NCBI GenBank assembly: GCA_964057225.1
Contig: OZ059899.1
Location: 11,346,001 to 11,410,000 of the forward strand
Length of the DNA: 64,000 bases
Reading direction: 5' to 3'
Origin: Auanema rhodensis
Taxonomy: Eukaryota > Animalia > Nematoda
Shown: positions 42,505-53,500 of the stretch, piece after piece
Position numbering within the stretch: position 1 is the stretch's first letter
Layout of the letters: each line of letters opens with the position of its first letter
The notes under the pieces: model-generated
Database searches by the model: none
Told to the model about the DNA's origin: nothing
The model's input: the letters and a program-made list of their open reading frames with translations, nothing else
Made by a program: the position numbers and the translations under genes

Positions 42505-42578
42505 TGCCGCCAGCAGGGGTCGAACCTGCGACCTTGGGCTTATTAGACCCACGCTCTAACCGACTGAGCTATGGCGGC
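42505..42578 (-). tRNA. tRNA-Ile(AAT)
   Basis: Array copy. Confidence 0.95.
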
Positions 42579-43170
42579 TACGAAAGTACGAAATAACAAA
42601 GCGCTGATTATAGGAAACGTGAATGAATGCAGATATTCTCAATTCCGATTCATTAACTAGATCGTGGTCAGCATTTTACAACATTGATAAAATAGAAACT
42701 GAGAAAAAAACATCAACAAATGACACTATTAACTTGGTTTTTTGAACAGCTTTTTTATATTTCTTTTTTCACTATGAGAGAACTTATATTTATTGCTTTT
42801 TCAAAATTTTCCATTTTTAACATTATACATCTTGACTATCACACTTTGAGAACAACAGTTGGCAATGTTGGTTGTCACGTCATATTTCATGCAGTTAGAT
42901 TTTCAGACACATTAATACCTTTAACCATTCTTCTTATGAGTTTTGTAACGATAGATCGTAATAGGAAATGAATTGCTATAATATGAAAAAATACAAGACA
43001 TAGTCAACATTGATTTCCCCAAATAGTATCATGTTTGCTTGTTATTCAATTAGAACACTTTTTTTTTGATTGTTTTCTTGAAATATTCTTTTTTTTCTTT
43101 AACAAAGTTATGACTGAGATCAAAATTTGAACTTACTTTTGAACAATTAAACAGAAATTTAAAAAATATT

Positions 43171-43244
43171 TGCCGCCAGCAGGGGTCGAACCTGCGACCT
43201 TGGGCTTATTAGACCCACGCTCTAACCGACTGAGCTATGGCGGC
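43171..43244 (-). tRNA. tRNA-Ile(AAT)
   Basis: Array copy. Confidence 0.95.
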
Positions 43245-43835
43245 TACGAAAGTACGAAATAACAAAGCGCTGATTATAGGAAACGTGAATGAATGCAGAT
43301 ATTCTCAATTCCGATTCATTAACTAGATCGTGGTCAGCATTTTACAACATTGATAAAATAGAAACTGAGAAAAAAACATCAACAAATGACACTATTAACT
43401 TGGTTTTTTGAACAGCTTTTTAATATTTCTTTTTCACTATGAGAGAACTTATATTTATTGCTTTTTCAAAATTTTCCATTTTTAACATTATACATCTTGA
43501 CTATCACACATTGAGAACAACAGTTGGCAATGTTGGTTGTCACGTCATATTTCATGCAGTTAGATTTTCAGACACATTAATACCTTTAACCATTCTTCTT
43601 ATGAGTTTTGTAACGATAGATCGTAATAGGAAATGAATTGCTATAATATGAAAAAATACAAGACATAGTCAACATTGATTTCCCCAAATAGTATCATGTT
43701 TGCTTGTTATTCAATTAGAACACTTTTTTTTTGATTGTTTTCTTGAAATATTCTTTTTTTTCTTTAACAAAGTTATGACTGAGATCAAAATTTGAACTTA
43801 CTTTTGAACAATTAAACAGAAATTTAAAAAATATT

Positions 43836-43909
43836 TGCCGCCAGCAGGGGTCGAACCTGCGACCTTGGGCTTATTAGACCCACGCTCTAACCGACTGAGC
43901 TATGGCGGC
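43836..43909 (-). tRNA. tRNA-Ile(AAT)
   Basis: Array copy. Confidence 0.95.
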
Positions 43910-44500
43910 TACGAAAGTACGAAATAACAAAGCGCTGATTATAGGAAACGTGAATGAATGCAGATATTCTCAATTCCGATTCATTAACTAGATCGTGGTC
44001 AGCATTTTACAACATTGATAAAATAGAAACTGAGAAAAAAACATCAACAAATGACACTATTAACTTGGTTTTTTGAACAGCTTTTTAATATTTCTTTTTC
44101 ACTATGAGAGAACTTATATTTATTGCTTTTTCAAAATTTTCCATTTTTAACATTATACATCTTGACTATCACACATTGAGAACAACAGTTGGCAATGTTG
44201 GTTGTCACGTCATATTTCATGCAGTTAGATTTTCAGACACATTAATACCTTTAACCATTCTTCTTATGAGTTTTGTAACGATAGATCGTAATAGGAAATG
44301 AATTGCTATAATATGAAAAAATACAAGACATAGTCAACATTGATTTCCCCAAATAGTATCATGTTTGCTTGTTATTCAATTAGAACACTTTTTTTTTGAT
44401 TGTTTTCTTGAAATATTCTTTTTTTTCTTTAACAAAGTTATGACTGAGATCAAAATTTGAACTTACTTTTGAACAATTAAACAGAAATTTAAAAAATATT

Positions 44501-44574
44501 TGCCGCCAGCAGGGGTCGAACCTGCGACCTTGGGCTTATTAGACCCACGCTCTAACCGACTGAGCTATGGCGGC
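44501..44574 (-). tRNA. tRNA-Ile(AAT)
   Basis: Array copy. Confidence 0.95.
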
Positions 44575-45165
44575 TACGAAAGTACGAAATAACAAAGCGC
44601 TGATTATAGGAAACGTGAATGAATGCAGATATTCTCAATTCCGATTCATTAACTAGATCGTGGTCAGCATTTTACAACATTGATAAAATAGAAACTGAGA
44701 AAAAAACATCAACAAATGACACTATTAACTTGGTTTTTTGAACAGCTTTTTAATATTTCTTTTTCACTATGAGAGAACTTATATTTATTGCTTTTTCAAA
44801 ATTTTCCATTTTTAACATTATACATCTTGACTATCACACATTGAGAACAACAGTTGGCAATGTTGGTTGTCACGTCATATTTCATGCAGTTAGATTTTCA
44901 GACACATTAATACCTTTAACCATTCTTCTTATGAGTTTTGTAACGATAGATCGTAATAGGAAATGAATTGCTATAATATGAAAAAATACAAGACATAGTC
45001 AACATTGATTTCCCCAAATAGTATCATGTTTGCTTGTTATTCAATTAGAACACTTTTTTTTTGATTGTTTTCTTGAAATATTCTTTTTTTTCTTTAACAA
45101 AGTTATGACTGAGATCAAAATTTGAACTTACTTTTGAACAATTAAACAGAAATTTAAAAAATATT

Positions 45166-45239
45166 TGCCGCCAGCAGGGGTCGAACCTGCGACCTTGGGC
45201 TTATTAGACCCACGCTCTAACCGACTGAGCTATGGCGGC
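45166..45239 (-). tRNA. tRNA-Ile(AAT), 59 bp from the retroelement 5' LTR
   Basis: Array copy. Confidence 0.95.
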
Positions 45240-45298
45240 TACGAAAGTACGAAATAACAAAGCGCTGATTATAGGAAACGTGAATGAATGCAGATATT

Positions 45299-45664
45299 CG
45301 TTCCATTCGGAGACTCTATATATGTAACTGCAGGGTTAGAGCCAGACCGACTAGAGGAATGAGGAATGGCACCGCCTTCCCTCATGCCCCTATTCGGGAG
45401 TTCGCCCCTTTACAAGCCCATGGACGGTTTGCATCTAACTTAGTTAATCTTATATATTAGTCTTTGTCTTGTAAATGTAGTTTACTTTATACTTGTGTTA
45501 TTGTATTGTAATGATATTGTATTGTGTATAATAAACCTATATATTTCCTTATCTTATGTAATCCTTATGCTCTGTTTCCATACCGCTACATTTATGGAAT
45601 ACTATACGCGTAGTTGAGCAGACTGCAATGGTCTGTTCAATATACGTAGGAGCATAATGGAACG
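45299..45664 (+). repeat. 5' LTR (366 bp)
   Basis: Direct repeat of 57003-57368 (5 substitutions by eye); termini CGTTCCATT...AATGGAACG; AATAAA at 45530-45535. Confidence 0.96.
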
Positions 45665-45677
45665 TGGAGGTTCCACC
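45665..45677 (+). promoter_or_regulatory. Primer-binding site complementary to tRNA-Gln 3' end
   Basis: TGGAGGTTCCACC immediately after the LTR. Confidence 0.87.
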
Positions 45678-46648
45678 TCGAACTCATTTTTGTCGCAAAA
45701 ACTCGCATAAAAAGTCCATATTTTGATATCTAAATTAAAACTTCCTCCACGGTTAGCAACATAATGAGGGCGCCAACTTGTATAAGGTGCAGGTACAAGG
45801 GATCTCTCTTTTAGAGAGCTAGGACTATATAATTTTGAAATTTCACCCGCTGTCCCCACTCATAAAACCGTCTGAGTGTCCACCCTTATAATACCGTATC
45901 CTGCACCGCTTCTCTTGCATTTTTTTTTGAGGACGTTTGGATCGAAATAGGGGACAATTTCACCAAACGAAATTTTGATTACATTATTATTTGGCAACGA
46001 GGAGTTAGAATGAAATTTTGAAAGCGCACAAAGTTTAATATTTTATTGTGGTCAGGACTAGAGATTTGAAAGTTAAATTCAGGCGTAAAAGAGCATGCTA
46101 ACTAAATATTTTTGCGGGAGCCGTTATTCGGTTTTTATTTTTTTTTTTTTGATTGTGAGAATAGACCACACTAGTCCGAAAAATCCTGGCACAAATTTTA
46201 TTGCCTGTCAGGTCATTTTGGCGAAAGCACATGGGCTACGGATGTTTTCTTCTCCGTAGAATGTGTCACCTTCCTCAGCTCATTTTTGTTGCTAACATCA
46301 TAAGATATTCCCACACACCTACCGTAGTCTTCATATTGTAATATTCTATAAATTAGTAGAATGGTTTAAAGAAAAAATTGCGTTTTATAAACGAGCTTTG
46401 GTCTCAGTCCATTAGTAAAATGAGCAATCTTTTTAAATATTCTCGGAATCTCATTAACATGCCATAATCATTCCGAAAAAGAATCGCCCACGGCTTTTAA
46501 TAATCAACGTGCACATGAGCCATTTTCCCAAGGCGCACGCACTCCTTCTTTATTAATAAGCTCGACCAAAGTTTGTGTTATGGAAAAAAAAAAGAGAGAG
46601 AGAGAACAAATGAGTGAAATTAAGTATTTATTATATATAAAACAATTG

Positions 46649-47182
46649 TTAAAAGCCCCATTTAAAATGCAACTGTCTCACAAATTCTATAGGCTGTGAG
46701 ATGGGCTCATCGCTAGGCTCTAAATACTGCGAATACACTGAATCCGCAGAGGTCCTTAGCAATAAGCCCATAGGAGACTGTTCATAAAATAAATAAATTT
46801 TAAACAAAATTTTAGACATATAATCATAAAAATCATGAGACTTATGCTCATACCAATTCCAAGGGGATGCGACCAGATTTGGGTTTTCATACCAATGCGC
46901 GCACAAGTCGGTGAGGCACCATCGCTGGATAGCTGCAACCTCATCCGCTATTTCCTGCATTAGGGAGAAGTTTACTAATCCCCTTCCCAGATAATGCATC
47001 TTTAAATCCTCAATAAACTAAAAATTCTTATTAAGATAACATGTTTCTTTGTTTTAACCAACCATCTTAATTATGTCTGGGTGCGGCCTATAAGCTAACA
47101 CTTCGTCTTGATCATACAAGACGAGGTCAGCGTACAGCTTCCTCAAGACAAAAGTCATTCCCGATAGACCTTCATAAGCCAT
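46649..47182 (-). CDS. Predicted two-exon antisense accessory gene, 162 aa, unknown function (exons 47182-47063 and 47017-46649)
   Basis: 40-codon exon, 45-nt GTTGGT...TTTTTAG intron, in-frame join to the 116-aa ORF; A-rich start context; AATAAA 16 nt after the stop. Confidence 0.6.
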
Positions 47183-47595
47183 TCTTTGATTTATTTTTTT
47201 TTTTCAGCTCTACAAATATAAAGATTCTTATGCATAAAAAGGGGACATAAAACGACTGAAAATCTCTCTCATACTTTCAAGAATTCAATTAGAGTAAAGT
47301 ATTAAGATTGAGGCTAGAAAGAGCGAAGACCAACAAAATTTATAATTGATGAACATCTGTGAAATAGAATAAAGAAAAGAGAATACGGTAGATAGGCGGA
47401 GCCAGATCTCAGGCCAAGATTTTAAAACTCTTTCTCATCTAATAACGATTCTCGGCGAAAGACGCCACGTCTCAATCTTCAAACTTTTCTTACTTTTCCC
47501 TATAACCGACCTGAATTTCTTGTCACTCATTCAACGTCAACATCCCCCATATAACGAAACACTCGCGGTTTTTCCAAACCAAGAGTGATTCCAAA

Positions 47596-50500
47596 GTGGC
47601 ACGAAGATACTCTTCGGCCGTCCCTGCTTTATACCCTTCTGAGTCCAGTGACGACATCGCAGTCGCCAGTCGAACTAGAAGCCGCACTCGACTCCTCAGT
47701 GTTCAGATTGAAGAGCCTGAACAAGAGGTAAAACCCAAAGTCGAGAAAACCTTCATTCCTCGAGAAGGCACGTATTCACCTCCGGACAACACCGAGGAGG
47801 ACCCTGATTTCTATATTCAGGACTACAATATTCAAACTTCAGCTTCAACTCCAAAGGTACACTCTTTTAAAAGTAATAAAAAGATTCAAAAAATTCAAAA
47901 ACCAAAACAAATAACCTCTAATACTTCACCAGCCACTCCCCACCTAAACTTATCAACTTTATCAGTTAATACTGATAACGATCTTGCATCTTCTTTTGAA
48001 CTAACTCTAACACCGCAGGCATTTTCCACTCCGATAGAAAACTCACAACTTAATAAAACCTCATCTCTCACTATTCGCAAATCACCCTTATCAGTTATCA
48101 CTGATAAGCTTGATTCGAAAAAGCTTGATTCTAAAAAGATTAATAAAAGAAAAACTAATACACCGCGTAGGCGCTCAACCTCTAATAATCCCATAGAACC
48201 AAATCAGGAAATTACCGAAGTTTTGCCCTTATCACTAACTACTGATAAGTTCAAAAGTAAGAAATCTTTAACAGCTCGCTTAATAAAAGTTTTGAATTTG
48301 TCTCCAGGGGAGGTAACAACAGAACAAGTTGATAACTCTCTTCACGTATCCTCCAACCCAACCCTTAATAAGTCAGATAGCGCTATACCCAGCTCAAGCG
48401 TTTCAATACATTCGACGCCTCAGGCAACGAGTCGAGTTATCAAACTCCCAGGGAAGCGGTTCTCCTCAGCCGCCCCTACCATTAGTTATCCAACATCTGG
48501 TAACTCGAAAAAGGGAGGTAAGAACTTAACGGCGAGAAGCTCAGGCAGTAAAGGGATTACGTCATCTCGCACATACCCTGAGGATATACCAACCATGACG
48601 GAGACACCACGTCTTCCGGGAGCTGGTAAATCTACCATTGCGCACGCATTAAGCTCACCTTATTGCCCCATATACGACGGAAGTCGTAACTTTAGAGATT
48701 TCGTGGCAAAGTTTAATACCTTTTCTAACGCCTTAGGCTTAGTGATGCCCGAAAGACTAACTATTTTACCATTACTATTGAAAAATGATAGAGCAGAGGA
48801 AGCTTATTTAGAGCTACCTGACAAGGTCAGAACAGCTGGACCTTGGGTTACCCTAATAGAAGAGTTAACATCCAAGCTGTGTCCCGAATACAATCAAGAC
48901 CCTGCCCTTATCACACTTCAAAACAGCACTCAAGGCGATTTATCAATTGATGGTTTTGCACAAACGTTAAGAAACCTCAGCTTAAATGCTTTCTCTAATA
49001 GTGATACTCATAAAGATCACATTCTGAGGTCCACATTTTTGAGAGGCTTGAAAAATACGATACGCCCAGGGGTAATTCGAGCAAAACCCAAAACTTTTGC
49101 TGAGGCTGTTGATAGTGCTCGCTGGGAGGAATCAATTGCAAACCAAGTAGCAGACCCTCAGGCGCTATTGGTTAACGCAATTGAAAGAACTTTCCCCCCG
49201 CGCAGAAACAATGGTGGGAGAGGTATGGCAAGAGGTTATCAATCTTTTAATAATAAAAATTATCAAAATTATAATAATTATAACAATTATCATCCAAACT
49301 TTCAAAACAATCAAAATTATCATAAATTTGCAAAAAATCAAAAAGGCTGGAATTTCCAAAACCCATTTGCTAGGAACCGCAATTTTGGTGACCGCGGTCG
49401 AAATTATCAAAATCAAAATCAAAATGGGTATCAAAGAAGCCATAATGCATCACAAAATCAAGAAATGAGCAATAATAGACAGAGAAATAACAGTACCTTT
49501 AGGGGAAATAACAACAATAGAGGCAGAGGTAGAGGCTCAAGAGTCAATAATTTGACTCTGATATCTCCTTTGACTTTAGCCGTAGCTTTATCAGTAATCT
49601 TATCACTGGTTACAACAGCTGAAGCATACCAGCTATGTACTAAAGCTACTGGAGGAGCCCTTCTCCGTCCCCCATCTCTCCGAAAATGCTTATTACCACC
49701 AATAAAGCATATCTTACGAACAAAAGTTCATCTTTATACAAGGAATCAAACGGCACATGAATGGGATGCATGGAGATGCTCCAAAGAAATTCATAAAATG
49801 TGTATCAGAGACCTTTTGTTCCTTAGAGATACCAATACAACGATAGCGAGAATTGAAAAGATACCAGCTGCAGAATGCAGACTGGCAGTGAGAGATAGAA
49901 GATGGAATTGGAGTGAATTAAAGAAGATCGACAGCATAACATATGCAACTGACGAGCCTTCCTTCTCGCCAGGCCGATCTTTTAATAATGAACTATGTGA
50001 AGAGAAAGCCAGATTGGTTATCGAAAGAGGGGTTATGACACGGATGCCAGATGAAACTATAATCTCCAATTTAATACTAAATACTGAAGGATGCTTAGCG
50101 CATCATGGAGAATGTGCATCAGATACCTCAATCATCATATGGGAGAAACAGCCTTATGAATATCGATGCAACTATATCGACATGAGTGAATATGATGCGA
50201 TAATTGGAGACGGCATTATTCTGTTACCAACCACTCAATCAGCCCTTGTAATCGATCAAAAAGAGATGCCGAAGCAAATATCTTCTTGTTTTAAACAGCC
50301 AATCTTCCACACCACAACTGGCAATTACATTCTCTTACCACAGTACCCAAATGACACCAATATCCATGTTTTAATAGAGAGAGAATATAAGAAACTTCCG
50401 GCGAAAAGAAATAAAAGAGCAATTGCGGAATGCACGGTTGAATTAAACAAGGAGTGGATACAAAAACAGGAAGATTTTGAAACTTTAATATTAAATATTT

Positions 50501-53500
50501 GTCCTTATCCTTTCTTACGACCGGTGATGAGTAATCCTGGTATTTATCAGATAATACCGCTTATAAAGGCCAGACGAGCTGTCAACCCTTCATATTCAAT
50601 TATTGATTGGGTTTCAGCACATCCCGAGAAGTTTTATTTCTTCTTAAGAAGTCCCGTATCTGATAAATCCATACAACGTTTCCTTCAAACATACGAAATA
50701 CACGACCCTGAGGAAGCAATACTTTATTTTCTTGCGCAAAAGGAACTGGCAGCAACCACTCGCGGCGCTATACGGTATTTAACCTCAAAACAATTATTAG
50801 AACAGATAGGTGACAGATTAACAGCACACGAATTTGACGAAAAACTACTAGAAAAGGACGGATCCTACCGCGAAAGAGCCGAAAGCATAGCGATGGAGCT
50901 AGCTTATACACCGGTAATATTTGAAAACAATCTGTCGGTACCATCAAGGCAAGAGGTTTTAAAATCCTTTGTGAACATGCCGCCTATCCGACCAACTTTA
51001 ACAACTGACAATGCTGATGAGCGTATAGTACTTAGAAATACACTTTACTTATACCATAACTTGATGACATTGCGAGTAATAAGGCCAAATAAAACAGCAG
51101 CAGCCGTAGATGATGAAAAGTTCCGACAATTAACAATCAATGTGCCAGATACCAACAAACTATATCGAGATAAAGATTCTAACTACGGTATATCGATGGG
51201 CCCCCACCCTCGCATTCAAACCCCAAGCGCGGATACACGCCAGCTACTTATAAAAACATTTTTACCACTGTTAGAGGATATTGAAACACCGCCTTATCTG
51301 ACTAGAAGACTGTCATTAACGACAACAACGGACAAACCCGCTTCACTAGTTCAGGAGACAACTATAAGCTATACGACTCGGATTCCGACGACAACCATAG
51401 TTGACACGACAACAGCCGTGATAACTACGACTCTCTCGCCAACAACATTAGCAACAGTCACTGACACGGCGTCACGAACCTTAAGGAAACAAAGAACATC
51501 ATCTCCACCCGTAGAAACCAGAGAAATTCAGGCTCAGGCAACGTATACAGCGTCAAAAGTGAACAACGAAATACAATTCAACCTCAACGTATCTCGCAGA
51601 ATAGCTCAAGATCATCTACAATATACAACAACACTCATACAAGAAGAGCTACAGAAACGTTTTATGGAATCTTATGAATCCATATGTGAGATTCAAAATA
51701 GATACCTCGAGCTATGGCGTTCTATTTTACACATAGAACCCACAATAGCAATGAGGACTATTTTAGGAAGAGAGGATATTGCAGCCCGTTTCGTAGGCAG
51801 CGATATAGTTCATGTTCATATATGCTTACCTCTTCAACCTAAAGCTGTTTATCATAATCATAAGATTAATGATACATGCTATTTGGAAACACCAGTAATA
51901 ACAGAAGATGAGAGATTATATTTTGCTGCTCCAGGATCAAGAGACTTATTAACACATGGAAAAGAGATAGATTGCGAACATGTACCAACAGATGTGTACT
52001 ATCAAAATGGAGAATGGATAAATATAAATGGATCGGTTGAAGTAAAACCAATATCACTCTTTGATAAAGCGCAATACCACCAATTAACACCTTTAAAGTT
52101 CACAGGCGCTAACTTATACACCAATTTATCATTGAGAGTTTACTCAATGTCAACAGCTATTGCATATGGAGCAAGTTTAGCATCCATACGACAGAACCAT
52201 GTTTTACATACTATTCACAACGATCCAAAAATTACGTCCGCCTTTAATCTTTTGAAAAAGGGCAGTGACTATATCTCTAAAGCAGCTGAGTTCACAACTT
52301 CCGCCTGGATTAGCGTAAAGCAATTTCTAATAGGATCAATTGAGAGAACACTCATCTTCATAGGATCAATGGTTACGATTGCCGCAGTATTAATAATTCT
52401 TTTCGTTGTTGCTAAATTTTGGTTCTTCAGAGCCACTCCACTAACCGTAATGCATGTCCACGAAATAGATAATGAGCCCCCAGGCTATGAAGAAACATTG
52501 GAACTTGTAAGCCGCCCAGACCAACAGATGCCAGATAACATCATGAAGCAATACTATCCTGCTTTAGTAACATTTATTCCAATCGCAATACCATTTGTTG
52601 CTTCTATTGCATCAGCGGAAACAAAGTTACCATTAATATATATATCAGTTGAAGATAAACTGATTTTAGCTTTATGGGATTCAGGCTCATCAGTGTCATA
52701 TGTTAGGCTCTCCACCCTCAAATATCTGAACATGGCCGAAAATGTCAAGAAGAGACATTTAGTAGCGATGGCAGCCAACAAGTCCACTTTCACATTTTAT
52801 GGAAAGATAAATCTTGTAATTGAAATTGCCGGCTACGAGATCGAACACACCTTTTTGGTCTCAAACGATCATGACTGTCCTGCTCCCGCTTTAATTGGAC
52901 TAGATTTCATGAAAGCGCTTGACAGCGAAAACATCGACGTCAGCCTTAAACCATCCAAGAAGAGGTTGGAGATTGGAAACAATGCCATCCCATTAATAGG
53001 AAACGAATCTATTAAGCATACGGAGATAACTGTGAATATCATTAATTTAAGAACAAAAACATTAAAGCCTGATGAAGAGGCACCTATCCCAATAAAGACA
53101 GATAAACCACTAGAATCTAACGAAGTGGTTGTCTTAGGGGATAGTGGAAGCGCATTAAAATCATTATATCCAACTGCGTTTCGTGATACCAGTGGAGTAT
53201 ATGTTATGTTCCGTAACAATACCGATGAAACAATAGCTATGGAAGCTAATTCAGTCATCGGACAGGCAATAATTGGAGAAATTCCGGCTTGTGAACCCTT
53301 TAAGCATAAGCCAATTCTCCCATATGTTCCGCCAGAAGCCGATTGGGAGAGTAAACTACCATATTTTCCAAGAGACTTCATAAAAGATCTTGATCTAGAG
53401 AATGCTGATCTCACGAAAGAAGAAAAACATGAGCTTACAAAAATAATTGAAAGCCATCGTGAGGCATTTCTTAACGAGGACAGGAAAATAGGCTTATTTA

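Larger units (their letters stand above)
9366..45298. repeat. Tandem array of 54 x 665/666-bp units, each with one tRNA-Ile(AAT) gene
   Basis: Near-identical direct repeats; period read from the recurring tRNA and spacer sequence. Confidence 0.98.

Noticed and set aside
9366-45298. CRISPR-like or SINE interpretation of the repeats
   Set aside because: No unique spacers or cas genes; units are whole-unit tandem duplicates with intact tRNA and terminator, with no poly(A) tails or TSDs
47194-47207. Plus-strand T-tract-CAG as splice acceptor for the polyprotein
   Set aside because: About 300 nt and in-frame stops separate it from the ORF, and I see no counterpart in the left family; it doubles as the A-rich 5' flank of the antisense gene
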